DNA from: Eledone cirrhosa
Lineage: Eukaryota
DNA: 64,000 bases
Assembly (NCBI GenBank): GCA_964016885.1
Contig: OZ024747.1
Location: 1,798,001-1,862,000, forward strand
Direction of reading: 5' to 3'
The notes under the pieces were generated by a model. That model ran no database searches. It worked only from the letters and a program-made list of their open reading frames with translations, and had not been told where the DNA came from. Both the position numbers and the translations under genes were made by a program. Below, piece after piece: positions 43,081-57,583 of the stretch. Numbering within the stretch: position 1 is the stretch's first letter; each line of letters opens with the position of its first letter.

Positions 43081-43311
43081 ATTCCTGAGAGGGTTGTGGG
43101 GACAGAGTCCTGAAACACTGCTTCCAGTGGGTCCTGTCAGAAGCAACCATCTCCAACTGATCTTGCTGGATCCCCAAGCAAGACAAACCAAGATCATGGA
43201 TGTTATCCATCTATCTTGCTTAGGGTCTACCCCTGGGTCTCCTGCCGGTTGATTTTGCCCATAAAATCTGTCCAGTGATTCTTTCCTGGGACATTCTAAC
43301 CACATGCCCAT
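43081..43311 (-). mobile_element. RTE-like family B 3' fragment
   Basis: Minus strand decodes as decayed GHVVRMSQERI...AKSTGRRPRGRP...W.DNIHDLG..LGIQ. Homologous to 2316-2497 and 53800-54015. Confidence 0.75.
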
Positions 43312-43409
43312 AATATAATAGTATAATTATATTGTATAGACATTTTTTGTTTGTTTTCAAAATGTCTACACAATATAATTAAATACACGTAAATCTAATC
43401 CACATAGTG

Positions 43410-43675
43410 GCACACTGTAAAGTAGTTGGTGGTAGGAAAGGCATCCAGCCATAGAAATCTGGCCAAACAAAGTGTTGGGATGACTCTCAGTTGTGTCAAA
43501 GTCATGACAACCTTACCCGAATGCATGGTGGAAGGTGAAACCATACATAAGCAAAACACAGGTCCCTGGCCTGTCTGGGAGATCAGTGGCTCCAGTTCAG
43601 TACTGACTTGGTCTGTATGCATCCATCCAGCCCTTACCAGCAGGGAAAGCAGACATTAAAATGATGATGATGATA
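43410..43675 (+). mobile_element. Old SINE/RTE-associated 3' fragment
   Basis: CACTGTAAAGTAGTTGGTGGTAGGAAAGGCATCCAGCC...CAGGGAAAGCAGACATTAAAATGATGATG. Similar to ~17000-17235. Confidence 0.6.
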
Positions 43676-43921
43676 GTGGCAATAGTAGAAAATACTTGGC
43701 AGGAAGGCCATGTTGTGGGACTGAATTCTCAACCAAATCGTTGAGAATTAAAGTACAAAGCCATTAAACCACACAGAAATATCCGTTACTAGTAGAATAT
43801 CTCTGTCCCTGCCTGTATACATGTTCAAACATGTTTTCTTCATGGCCATAAGTGAAAGGAAATATCTTTATATATCTATAAGTACACAATCACACCCCAC
43901 ACCACTCTCACACAATACACT

Positions 43922-43955
<34 letters not shown>

Positions 43956-44012
43956 TACACATATTCAAATTCTGTAAATATATTCTTATGTCAGTGTCCA
44001 ACTGCGCGTACC

Positions 44013-44043
<31 letters not shown>

Positions 44044-44097
44044 GTACATCCATGTATATACATACATACACACACACATATATATATATATATATAC

Positions 44098-44182
<85 letters not shown>

Positions 44183-45017
44183 AGTGTTATCTTTCTTCCT
44201 GTACATGTTCTACACAACTTCTTCAAAATGTTCCATTCCATCCCTGAAGTCTGTAAAGCAATTCAAGATTTTTTTCCCTAGTAAGTCTAATGATGGAAGC
44301 CAAGAAAAAGACTTAGGGAAAGCTAAGGGAGTAATACAACCATCTTCTAAATATTGATAAAGCAATAATATGTATACACACAAAGACATCCCTAGATATT
44401 CACACATACATATATATATCCATACACACACTTCTCTCTCTCTCTATATATATATACATACATAAATACACACACACACACACATATATATATATATGCA
44501 TATATCTACATATATATACACACATGCATATATATACATACATATATTTATATCAGTATATATACACCCACACACCCATTCATATATATATATTTGTCTG
44601 CATGTGTATATGTATTTATGTATGTCTTAGTGTATATATTGACTATACATATATTCAATATATATATATATCCCAACAGTGCAATAAAGCAATATCATGT
44701 AACAATATATAGTCATAGTTTTTAAGATTTCATGCAAACATAACAGATTTGGCTACTTGGCGGATGGAACACTGTATAGTTTTTGTCTTCAGGGAAAGAC
44801 ATTAGGTTTCAAATATTTGAAAGGTTTCTTAAAAGAATATTTCTTTTTGCCTGATATTAAAGTAAAAGTCTTTATGTGGGTTAGTTGTTTAGTCAAATGT
44901 AAATAATTGTCAGATTTTCTTGTGTATTGGAGAAGAATGTCTGAAAAACTTCCTCCATAATATTTTTAGAAGAATTATTTCATAAATTTATGTGGATATA
45001 TTATTTCCTTTTTATAT

Positions 45018-45212
45018 ATATTATTAAATATTTATTTGTATGTTATTTTTATATACATTATTAAATATTTATATGTATTATTAAATATTTATGTATATTA
45101 TTAAATATTTATATGTATTATTAAATATTTATACGTATTATTTAATTTTTATATATATTATTAAATATTTATATGTATTATTTTGATTTTTATATGTATT
45201 ATTTGATTTTTA
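45018..45212. repeat. ~20-bp AT-rich minisatellite (ATATGTATTATTAAATATTT)
   Basis: Read directly. Confidence 0.8.
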
Positions 45213-45216
45213 TCAT

Positions 45217-45510
45217 TCTCCGACAGGTTTGCAGTTGAGTCCGTAGTGGTGGAGACTTCTGATGTCCTTGGCCCTAGGACCACATTCCTGCTTACCACCA
45301 ACAGCTTCTGGTGTACTTGGCCCTAGGAACACCTCCCTACTTACCACCAACAGCTTCTGATGTCCTTGGCCCTAGGAACACCTCCCTACTTACCACCAAT
45401 AACTTCTGGAGTTGGCTTCCAGCAGGTGTGAGCCTTGTGAGCTAGAATGACTCTTCCAATGTGTCTCCCTCACCATCCTCCGTGGAAATGTCTCCTCTGT
45501 TCTGACCACC
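45217..45510 (+). pseudogene. CRE-like RLE LINE C-terminal fragment with an internal 49-bp triplication
   Basis: SDRFAVESVVVETSDVLGPRTT, three copies of CTTCTG..GT.CTTGGCCCTAGGA...CTTACCACCAA, then RCEPCELE*LFQCVSLTILRGNVSSVL (FQRLSLAIQRGN-type end). Confidence 0.8.
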
Positions 45511-48045
45511 TGAACCATGGGGCAGCCAGCACATAATGGTGAGAGATGGGGAGAGAGACAGAGACAGTGTTTGGTTCTTTTGTATTTGGACCTGGTGTAT
45601 GTATATATTTATTTACCACACCACATTTTCTCAACAATAATACACCATGTGTGTTTGTATATTTATTTACATGTAGGTCCATCTGAAACTCTGAAACAAT
45701 TGTCACCATCACTAGAATAAAAGCTGGCACTTACAACATTACTAACAACAGAAACAAAGTCTTTTGAGGTCCACATAAAAAACACAAAATAAAAATGAGC
45801 AAAAAGAAGTTTTAGCCTTAAGACCAAAACAGTAATCTGTGAATTTGTAAAATTAATGATTCGTTATTTTTTCGGTACTGATGTACCCTCAGAAGTTCTT
45901 ATGCACTTGTCATTTGCCCTTGGTATGGAAATCTAATGTAGATCTTTCTAATAGCAATGTCTTTAGGTCAGATATCTTTTTATAACAGATATTGCCTTAA
46001 AGTCACATGTCCCTTTACAGAATTAAAAGTTTTTGACATTTTGAGAGGGGGTGGGTGTTAATTACATTTGTTCTTATGATACCAAATAATTTTTGCAAAT
46101 TAAGCAATTATTTAGAAATTAATACTTTTTGGTAACTTTTTTCTTTTAGTCTTATCTAATAATAGGAAAGTTTAAACCCTTAATCAGTATTAAAAAGAAA
46201 AATCTAACATGTTTACCCCCAAGACTGAAGCAATGTATAGCTGTGACTGACGTCTTAAGCACTAACTGGTTTACTAATCATAAGAAGCTTATTTGATTTT
46301 AAATTTATAAAAATATTGATTCTACTTCTCTTGATTTATGTTCGTTAATCATATTTTTATCTAATTGCAATACCAACCATAACATTTTTCTGGTGAAAAC
46401 AAACTAAATCAAAATTGCACTTAATAGTCATATAAAGTTAGTGGAATAGTAATTTCATTTCTATAAATAGGGGTAACTCAGAAGAAAACTACTTTGAACT
46501 CTGTTCATACAGTCATAAGCTGTGAGTAAAGCAGTGTTATATTTCAGAGTAATGGCTTTAAGGAAAAGAAGGAAAATCAGTTATTTCCTCAGAATGAAAA
46601 TGATATGAAGTGTTCTGTAGAATATTTCTATGTTTCAGAGAAATAAGAAAACAGATTTGCTGAACAAAAATTTGTAACAGAATTAAGATTTTATACCAAA
46701 ACATTGAAAGAAGAATATGAAGGATTTAGGGTTATAAAGTGCTCTTATACAATACAGAGGAAAGGAAGACAAATACCAGGGATTGTCTGGTCACTTCCTC
46801 TTCACACCGATCAGTCAAGAACTAAGGCATACTTGGACCCCGTACTGCTGAGCTCCTCCACAAGATTGGGACATCAGCAGCTTGTCTGTGGAAGGAACCC
46901 CCTGGGGTGGGGTGGTAGCAGGTGTCACTGGTCATTGACCGTGGAAATACTTTTGCAGTCTTGTCTGTGGGACTCAGCCCCAACACTGCCGTGCCCTAGG
47001 CTCATCACTCTCCTCCTTCCTCATCCCATGACCCTTTGCCTTTCCCTTCATTTTCCGTTCTTAAATATTTCTTGTGATTTGTATATATATAAGTTTCTGC
47101 TAATGTTATTTATACACCTGTTGAAGACAATATTAAAATATATCTAAATGGGATAATTCTAATTCTTAATTATTGCTATTAGAGGAGAAACTGTTTAAAG
47201 AAGACCTTGAAATACAAAATATAATAATAATAGAATAAATAACAAACCCCAATTATTTATTTTAATCATTTTTTATGGCTGTATTTTAGCCCTAAGGTGC
47301 TACAGGTAAAGATTTAGCTCCAGTTCTATAGAGTAAAATGCTTAAGCAATATATTTCTTGCTGGATAAGAAGAGAGTCTAATTTTCCTGAATAATCTTGA
47401 ATTTAATTGCTAGATAAATGGTGATGTGTTGAATTCACCATATTCAGCAAACGCAAAAAAAAATATCGATGAATATTTAAAAAAATAAATTTGCACTTTT
47501 TGGCTACTTCTTTTTCTGTCTCTAAAGGTCTTCACTCTGTTTTATAACACTTCAGCGCCTGAGCACATCATTCTTTATATCAACTTTATCCACTCAGTGC
47601 TTCATAACAGTCTCATAGATTGGTTGAATGTTATCAACCCTATAAAGATGAAAGGCAAAGCTGACCCTGGCAGTGGTATTTTAGTTATAACTAAATATGG
47701 CAAGATATTCTACCAATTCCTCAACAGACTGTATTAAAATACTGAGGCATATGGAGCAACAGAGCAAGGAAATTTGTTTATGTTAATATTACATGTGGCA
47801 GTCTCTAAAGAATCTCACATGATGGATTAAATTTAGAGTTAGATAAGCCTACAAAATAGTTTACAGCCTTTGTCAACTAAATAATTTAGTAGGTAAGTAT
47901 TTGGGCATATTTATCTCTAAATGTTTTAAATCAACTTAGTAATGTTCAGAGTTAATCTTCTGTGTCACAAAATGAAAGAAGATATCAAGTTAAATGATAT
48001 AAAACTTTGAATTAGTAAGGCTGAATTATCAAACTTTCTTACTAC

Positions 48046-48098
<53 letters not shown>

Positions 48099-48982
48099 TA
48101 TGTATTTGTTTCCATCATTGCATTACAGATTAAATAGACATTGTGTGTGTATTTTGTTGAAATAGAACGGAAATCCTCTAATAAATATAATAATCCTATC
48201 ATCATTTCTAAAATAAAGAAAAAGAGAAAAACTTTTATGTAATTTAATAAAATTCTTCACATTTTCTTGAAATCAGAAACAAATAATCTTAAAAGAATTT
48301 TATTTGTAAATACATTTAAACTTTGTTTTTTTTCCTTTACCACTTTCTTCATTGTATTTCAAACAAGATAAGATTTGATTTTTTTTATTATTTCTATTGA
48401 ATTCTGTCAATCAGCTTAAAGGGATGTTTTAAAAATATGTATGAAGACTTAAAGCAGAGATTTTTAAATCAAATATATTTTTCATTGAAACAAATGTTGT
48501 TATAAACCCCAACATACATAAAACTAATTATTTAAGTGTGACGATATGAAATGATATGAATATGTATTTCCACTTGCCATTAACCAAATCCTTAATGGTG
48601 TTGACAGATGTAAAGTTTCAATACATACATCTAATGATGTATAACCAACTGTAGTGGTTCTATATACAAGCAGCAGTAACCCTGTTAAAACATAAAACAA
48701 CACAGCTGTAGCTGCAAATATACAGAAGTATAGATAGAGACAGAGGTTTCATATAACCACATATATACACACACGAAAGAATTTACTGGAAGCATTTAAG
48801 TTATTCATAGTTGGTGACAATATACAGATAGATTTTTCAGTTTGTTAAGAAATAAAATATTGTTCAGAATCAAATTGAATATTATAGGATATATTAAAAC
48901 TATATATATATATGTGTTGACATATGTGTGTGTGCGTATATACACACACACATGTATATATAAATGTGTACCGTATATATAT

Positions 48983-49835
48983 AAATGAAAGGCAGATTGT
49001 ATGATGCCTGTATACGAACAGCAATGCTAGGTACATGGCAGTGAGACATGGGCATTGCGTGCAGAGGACCTGCGCAGACTGGAAAGGAACGAAGCATGCA
49101 TGCTCCGTTGGATGTGTAATAGTAATATACGTGAACGGCAAAGCATAAATGAATTAAGTGAGAAATTAGGAATAAGAGGGATCAGATGCTGTTTACTGGA
49201 GAGAAGACTACATTGGTATGGTCACGTGATGTGCATGAAAGATGACAGCTGTATAAAAAAGTGCAGGGCGATCAAAATTGATGGTAGTTATGGATAAGGT
49301 AGACCCAGAAAAACCTGGGACGATCTAATAAATTCCGACCTTACACACTTGCACCTCTCTAAGACAATGTCACTGGACCGAGATCTTTGGCGCTACAGAA
49401 GACCCGCCATGTCTATGTCTATGTACAAAGCGAAACCTACAGTCAGTAGGCACCTCTTAAGCAAATATACACCCCAATCCACTACCCCTACCCTATCCTC
49501 CCACTCCCACCAACACCACCCTCTCTCTGTAAAGTTGGTACCACAACATCAAGTCCAAATAAATGAGATTGAAATCGATCGTGTAGGTGTCACAACAAAA
49601 AACACACAGTCGACGCTGTAATGTAGTCGTGTAGGTAACATGGTAAAAACCTCCCAGTCCACACTGTAAACGTGGTTGGTGTTAGGAAGGGCATCCAGCC
49701 ATAGAAAACCTGCCAGACAGTCCTATATGAGCAAGACACGGTCACTCGACCTACCTTGCCTCAAGTGGGACAACTTCCGTCTAACCCATGCTAGCATGGA
49801 AAATGGACGTTAAACGAAGATGATGATGATGATGA
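48983..49835 (+). pseudogene. RTE-clade LINE 3' fragment: post-RT coding region, 3' UTR and (GAT)n tail
   Basis: MKGRLYDACIRTAML/HGSETWALRAEDLRRLERNEACMLRWMC...RRLHWYGHVM...RPRKTWDD. Ends CCGTCTAACCCATGCTAGCATGGAAAATGGACGTTAAACGAAGATGATG. Confidence 0.92.
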
Positions 49836-49837
49836 TA

Positions 49838-50050
49838 CCACCACCATCACAACCACCACCACCACTACAACCACCACCATCGCAACCACCATCACTACCA
49901 CCACCACAACCACCACTACCACAACCACAACCACCACAACCACAACCACCACCACCATCACCACTACCACTACCACAACCACCACCACTAACCCCCCCAC
50001 TACCACCACCACCAGCAATACTACCACCACCACCACAACCACAACAACTA
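49838..50050. repeat. (CCA)n-type microsatellite
   Basis: Read directly. Confidence 0.9.
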
Positions 50051-50457
50051 CATCCAAATTTCTTTTGTTTTAAGGAAATGTATAACAATATCATGCTGTT
50101 TATATATCTACAAAAGCTAACCACAGCTTGATGTTGCTTTGTAACTAATGGCTTGGAACTTTGCCTAGAATAGAGTCAGCCATGACATAATCCGGTCAAC
50201 AGACTGTCACCAGAATTTAAAGATGTTGGCAAATCTTCTTTGTTTACATAGGAAACCATTCTCCACAAGGAAGGAAGAAAGAAAGAAACAATAAAACAAT
50301 GATTATTCCAATGGTAGAAACTTTAGATGTCGGTACAAAGATTTTAGTTTATTCCTTCCTTTTAATAAAGTGTAAACAGTAAATTATATTTTGTGAGGGG
50401 GGCAACCATGGTATTTACCAGACTCTGCAGTTACTATTTATAGATTATATGATAAGA

Positions 50458-50768
50458 GGAGACAGCTACTTCTGGCAGGACCTGCTGGAAGGAGGGTTTG
50501 AGGACTGTGGCCCCAGAACCCTCTCAAGAAGAAGAAGGAGGAGGGGGAGAAGAACGAGAAGGAGAAGAAGAAGAAGAAGAAGAAGAAGAGGGAGGAGGGG
50601 AGGAAGAATGAGGAGGAGGGGGAGAAGAAGAAGAAGAAGAAGAAGAAGAAGAAGAAGAAGAATGAGGAGGAGGGGAGAAGAAGAAGAAGAATGAGGAGGA
50701 GGGGAGAAGAAGAAGAAGAAGAAGAAGAAGAAGGAGGGGGAGGAGAAGAAGAAGAAGAAGAAGAAGAT
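50458..50768 (+). repeat. RTE-like family B extreme 3' end (50458-50530) running into a (GAA)/(GGA) polypurine tract
   Basis: CTTCTGGCAGGACCTGCTGGAAGGAGGGTTTGAGGACT...CCCTCTCAAGAAGAAG. Confidence 0.8.
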
Positions 50769-50862
50769 AGAGTTGTGATACAGAAAGTAACTAAAATAAA
50801 TAAAACAAAATATTTCATTCCATGTTCTATTGAATCTACCATAACTTGTTGCTAATGGTATA

Positions 50863-52360
50863 GGTGTGTGTGTGTGTGTGTATGTGTGTGTGTGTCTGTC
50901 TGTGTGTGTATGTTGCTGATATTGATGTATGTGTGTCTGTATGTGTCTGTATGTTGCTAATATCGATGTATGTGTGTGTATATGTTGCTAATATTGATGT
51001 ATGTGTGTGTGTATGTTGCTAATATTGATGTATGTGTGTGTGTCTGTGTGTGTATGTTGCTAATATTGATGTATGTGTGTGTGTCTGTGTGTGTATGTTG
51101 CTAATATTGATGTATGTGTGTGTGTATGTTGCTAATATTGATGTATGTGTGTGTGTATGTGTGTGTATGTTGCTGATATTGATGTATGTGTGTGTGTCTG
51201 TGTGTATATGTTGCTGATATTGATGTATGTGTGTGTGTCTGTGTGTGTATGTTGCTAATATTGATGTATGTGTGTGTGTCTGTGTGTGTATGTTGCTAAT
51301 ATTGATGTATGTGTCTGTGTGTGTATGTTGCTAATATTGATGTATGTGTGTGTGTCTGTGTGTGTATGTTGCTGATATTGATGTATGTGTGTGTGTCTGT
51401 GTGTGTATGTTGCTGATATTGATGTATGTGTGTGTGTCTGTGTGTGTATGTTGCTAATATTGATGTATGTGTATGTTTCTGTGTGTGTATGTTGCTAATA
51501 TTGATGTATGTGTGTGTGTATGTGTCTGTGTGTGTATGTTGCTGATATTGATGTATGTGTGTGTGTCTGTGTGTATATGTTGCTAATATTGATGTATGTG
51601 TGTGTGTATGTGTGTGTATGTTGCTGATATTGATGTATGTGTGTGTGTCTGTGTGTGTATGTTGCTGATATTGATGTATGTGTGTGTGTCTGTGTGTGTA
51701 TGTTGCTGATATTGATGTATGTGTGTGTGTCTGTGTGTGTATGTTGCTGATATTGATGTATGTGTGTGTGTCTGTGTGTGTATGTTGCTGATATTGATGT
51801 ATGTGTGTGTGTCTGTGTGTATATGTTGCTGATATTGATGTATGTGTGTGTGTCTGTGTGTGTATGTTGCTGATATTGATGTATGTGTGTGTGTCTGTGT
51901 GTGTATGTTGCTGATATTGATGTATGTGTGTGTGTGTGTATGTTGCTGATATTGATGTATGTGTGTGTGTGTCTGTGTGTATATGTTGCTGATATTGATG
52001 TATGTGTGTGTGTCTGTGTGTGTATGTTGCTGATATTGATGTATGTGTGTGTGTCTGTGTGTGTATGTTGCTGATATTGATGTATGTGTGTGTGTCTGTG
52101 TGTGTATGTTGCTGATATTGATGTATGTGTGTGTGTCTGTGTGTGTATGTTGCTGATATTGATGTATGTGTGTGTGTCTGTGTGTATATGTTGCTAATAT
52201 TGATGTATGTGTGTGTGTCTGTGTGTGTATGTTGCTAATATCGATGTATGTGTGTGTGTCTGTGTGTGTATGTTGCTAATATCGATGTATGTGTGTGTGT
52301 ATGTGTGTGTATGTTGCTGATATCGATGTATGTGTGTGTGTCTGTGTGATATTGATGTAT
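50863..52360. repeat. ~41-bp minisatellite (GTTGCTGATATTGATGTATGTGTGTGTGTCTGTGTGTGTAT)
   Basis: Tandem units with variable (GT)n. Confidence 0.95.
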
Positions 52361-53799
52361 AAAATGTCCTATTGTTTCTGGCTCTCTGCATTCTGAGGTT
52401 GAAATTCCTCCAAGACCAATTATAACTTCCATCCTTTCAGGTTAAATAAAGTACTAAGTACTGAGTCTCTCCCTCTCCCTCTGAAAGAAATCTGTGACAG
52501 CCATAGCAATTTATTGAGCCCTCAGCTGGGCTTTTTAGTTTTAGGATGGTTAGAATTTTTAAATTTAATACCTGTATGGATAACTTTTCAATTCCAATTA
52601 CTTTCACCAAACTAACTTTGATATGTAAAATTAGGGGGGGGGGTTGCTGTGTACTCTAATGTTTTGTGTATGAAGGGCCTCCCACCACCAAACCTGAAGT
52701 GACCCCAAGGTCAACATCTCCCTGCAGCACACACCAATCCCTATGACTCTACAGTCAGTTGGCCAATAAGCAAATAATATATTTCATGTCATATCTTTGT
52801 TTTAAGGATATATTCTAACATCTTATACAGAAGATATGACTTTCAACTCCACCCTTCTTCCCCTCTTCATCATCCTCCTAATCCTCGTTTCATGATGGCA
52901 TGGGTTAGACAGTACTTAATGAGAGCTAATGTCTTCTTAAACAGAGCACAAGATCACCTCTCACTCAAATACACTTTAGGTACAAACCTTATGATAAATC
53001 CCTGTATTTTGGAGAAAGAAAAGCATCTATTCCATCAAGTACCTCTCCTAGATCAACACCATCCTTTAATTATCATCTACATACCACAGCATCTTGAAGC
53101 ACTTCACTTTTGGTTTAGATTTATTGTTAATTCTTTCTTAAAACAAGACTTGACTGTTAACTGGCTATCTAGTACAACATTATCATATATTCCCTTTGTT
53201 TAATTATAACTAATTCAAACATTGTTCTTCTATAAAACACAAATATATAAATACCATAATGTTTCATGGGTGTTTCAGTTCACAGCTTTCACCATATGTT
53301 TTCTAGAAAGTTCAGAATCATACCTAATTATTAATAAAGTGTACACATATGCATATGTCAATATGTATAAGTAGCTACACATATACACACATACACATAA
53401 GTACCTACACACACACATATACATGTACACACACACATGCATGTACACACTCATATATATTTATTTAACATATCTTATGTTGCATACAATGTTATCAGGT
53501 GTATAATAGACCAGCAAAGATGTCAAATATCAGGATACAATATGACTATGTAACCAGCCATATACAATATGACATTCTCCTTTAACAAGACCTTTATAGG
53601 TCTCTCCCTGACTTGTTAGGAGTTCTTCTCTTTAATAGGGTTGTATACAGGATTATGTTAACCTTTTACTTACTATATTTCTAATGAAAGTCACTGCATG
53701 TCATTTTCAAACAATTTTGAAAATAAATAATATGGATGGATTTAGTAATATAATTAAGCTCCTATTATTAGCAAAGGTTTTTACATAAATTACGCTACT

Positions 53800-54015
53800 A
53801 TGCGTATGTGGTTAGAATGCCCCAGGAAAGAATCGCTAGACAGATTTACACCAACTAGCAGGACACCAAGGTAGACCACGTGCAAGATGGTCGGATAACA
53901 TCCATGAGGAGGTCATGCTTGGGGATCCAGCTGGATCAGTTGGAGATGGTTGCTTCTGATAGGTGCTGCTGGTAGGAGTGTTTGAGGAATCTGACACCAT
54001 GACCCTCTCAGGAAT
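53800..54015 (+). mobile_element. RTE-like family B 3' fragment
   Basis: GTGGTTAGAATGCCCCAGGAAAGAATCGCTAGACAG...GGATAACATCCATGAG...CCCTCTCAGGAATAAA. Confidence 0.75.
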
Positions 54016-55806
54016 AAATGGACAAAGAAGAAGGCAATTAGTTGAATATAAACGATTTAAAACAAACCGTTTTGTGTCATAGAACCAAATTGTTTTCAGG
54101 CAATTTAGTGTCAAAAAGGATGAACTTGCTTTAGGCTCACCTTTAATATAAGCTTGTGCAGAGAGGGACTGTGAGAAGACTAAGGTACAGAGAAGGAAAA
54201 AACACAAGTAGCAGCTTAGGTCTAAGGTGGAGTACAAAATGTGGTCGAGGAGTGAAAGAGGAAAGATAAGCAAGTTAAGAGTGTCTGAATGAAGGTGGCA
54301 TGAAACAAGTCAGCTCTGAAGAGAAAATGCCACTTTGATAGTATCACAAAAGACATAGTGAACAGACAGAATGTCTGAGAGTCTGGGACTGGAATGTGAC
54401 AAAGAGTAGCTTGAGGAAAATCAGTGGGTGGACTGATTGGAATAACATATTTATATTGCAGGTTAATATGCTGTAATACATGTACTCAAGAGTTGTTTAT
54501 CAAACAGGGATGTAATATCTATGGAGAGTATGTATCTTTATATCTGACCCAGAATTAGTATGTCACACTAAAGTCTTCATAGTTCTGAGTCTTGGAGAAA
54601 TTTAATTTGAATTTCATCATTAAGAGAATACAATAAATTCTTATTAATAATCTCAAATATAAAAAAAGCGGAAGATGACAGAAGAGAAAATGAAAGGAAA
54701 GGATTTGGTAATGAGGGATGCAGAGGATAGGGAAAAATAAAGAATGGTAACCTCTGATCTGGCAGAGAAAATAGCCTTAAAATGTTTGTGGTTGTATACT
54801 AGGAAATACTAGGTAGAAAAATAGGAGGAAATATCTATAAGTTTATTTAATTTTATAAGTTAGTTTGATGAGAAAAAGGCAGTGTCCATAACTTTTGTAT
54901 ACTTTCATTATCTCTCAGATAATATTAATCCTCATCATCATCATTTTTAGTTTTATGTTTGTTTTTAAATGTTGGCATGGGTTAGATGAGATATATTGAG
55001 GTAGAATGTCCTTTCTGATACCCAAACCCCACCTTTTTTAAAGTAAGGTTTGGGGCTTTGCTGATCTAATTACTGAGCAGTGGAACCTCTTTTATACAGG
55101 AAATAAACAAATATAACTGACTGTAATATTAAATATCAAGAGAAGAAACATTCACATATATAAGATATGTTTTTGTTGTTGCAAAGTTGCTCAACATATG
55201 TTAACTATAGAGTAAGTAATAATAAATTGAGGAAATAACCCATGGAGATGGAAAAGTAAACAAAATCGCCTATTGGAATCAAACCAGCCATCTGCCATAT
55301 GCCAGATAGCTATGATAACCTCTACATCAAAGTGCTACTGGCATTCTTTTTGTTTATATTATAAGCTTTCTTCCATCAACCAGGAATGTAAATAAGAGAA
55401 CCACTTATAGAGTTAAGGTGGTTTAGTATATCAAAGAGCAGTCGCTTGAAGTTAACTGACAAAACTTTACAGACAAATCAGAACCATTTTGTGACTCAAA
55501 CAGTTTCAATATCTGCTGTGGCTGTAATGTAAATGACAACATGTCTTCTAAACTAACCAATTGACTCCCTTCTTAATATGACAGTTCATCAGCTCCTTTA
55601 TTTCAACTTTCACTCATTTTAATGGCATCTGAAAGGGCTGGTTGTATCTACCGTCACAAAACCATTTGGTAATGTAAAAGACTGTTTATATATATAGATA
55701 TAAAAACTCTACCAATGCATTGACTACCTTTTTAAACTGTCTTACCCTCAACACAACTTGGGAATCTACATATTATATATATATATGTATGTATATATGT
55801 ATATAT

Positions 55807-55952
55807 GCAAAAGGCAAACAGAAATAACCAAGCAAGCGGCAAGTACAATGAAGAAATATATTTTTAGTTTAACGCTTGATATAGTAGGAAAAATGTCTTA
55901 ACGTTTCAAATGCTTGTCCTTCATCAGAAAATAAAATGAGAAATTAAAGAAA
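55807..55952 (-). mobile_element. Penelope-like pLTR remnant with hammerhead cores, (TA)n-flanked
   Basis: Minus strand CTGATGA-A-GGACAAGCATTT-GAAACGTTAAGA (55927-55896). Both cores are intact, AACGTT is palindromic, stem II is decayed. Confidence 0.6.
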
Positions 55953-57583
55953 TATATATATATGAGCAAGGCATGGTCAGCCGACCGGACACTGCCCACA
56001 ACAGTACAACCCGTCTAACCCATGCTAGCATGGAAGAATGGACATAAAACGTTGATGATGATGATGATACATGATGGGCATCTTTATAGATTTTGTCTAC
56101 AAAATTCACTCAAAACGAAATAGTAGACAATAAGAGAAGACATGCTTGAGGTGCCACACATTGGGATAGAACCCACGAACATGTAGCTACAAAGTGAACT
56201 TCTTAACCATACAATCATTCCGGCACTTATTTAGTTTAAAAATACTCCAGTGTTTTATATTTTACCTTTTTCTGATCATTAGAATTATGGAATTTAACCA
56301 GATTTTAATGTTTTAAGCAATTCAGCAGGTTTCCTAAAACGACCTTTCTACCCACTTGGCTATTCTTATTTTGGGGAAAACAAAAAACAATATTTAGCAT
56401 CAAAATAAATAAAAATATGTACAAAAATATTATAATCAATTCAGTCCTCAAATTTTGAACGAAAACAAATCATATTTGATTATTTATAGATTAGTTATTG
56501 CTTTTTGTTTTAATTCCAAAACTTCATTATTAGACATTTAGAACTGCCCATAGATCCAATTAAATATATAAATATATAAAAAGAAAAATTGATACACAAC
56601 CAACCAAACAAGTTTTTAAATCTGGTTTGATAATCCTATCATTTTTATCTAGTGATATTTTTGCCATTGAAGATTAATGATATAATAGAGAATTTCGGAA
56701 TGAAAGTTAGGAAAAAAACATATGAGCCACGACAATTTGAATATAATCAGATTAAATTCTTCATGGCTTGATATGAGGGAGAATGCTGAGCAAAGCCACT
56801 GAAATAAATAAAATAAATCTACAAACAAATTTTCAAATAAACAAAATTTTAATGATTTTTTCTTATATTCACTATAAGAGAGGAATTAGCAATAGTGATG
56901 GACTGTAACATATCAACATACTTTACATATTAGTAATAAAACCTTCATTGTTACATGTTCTGCTGTTCTTTAACAAACATATATATCATTGCTTGTTATC
57001 CTTGTCATTTATCAATAACTTCAATAATATTTGCCAATATTTATACTCATACCCAAATACACACACATGGTTGCTCATACACACATACACATGTATGCAC
57101 ATACACACATGCTCACATAGTTGTACATGTATGCACACATTCACACATATTTATGAGAAGTAGATATAATTTATTTGGGGAGAATCATGTCCTAATAAAA
57201 ACGTTATAAAAATGGAAGGAAATCACTGAAGATGTCACAAACTGCTCAAATATTATAGCAATAAATGGTAAATACATGTTTTATATCTCAGTTATGGGTA
57301 ATTACATGTGGTGCACACTGCATATTTATCAGTAACACAACAGAATAAAATAACTAGAACTTAAACTGAATACCAACACCCCACCTCAAAATTGTAAGTT
57401 CCTGTTAACCCACCTACCCATCTCTCCTTCAATTTTATTCTTTGTTTTTCTTGCATTTCTGAGTTTGGAAATATTCTAGTAAACATCCGTTTCTGTAGTA
57501 ATCTCCCTCATTTCTCTTCACTGTGTCAATAAAATGCCCCCCCCCCCTCCTCCTGCTCCTCCTCATTATTATTATTATTACTA

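Noticed and set aside
46704-47147. 147-aa ORF in a GC-richer island
   Set aside because: No ATG start and no recognisable motif. Probably an old TE fragment that I cannot classify.
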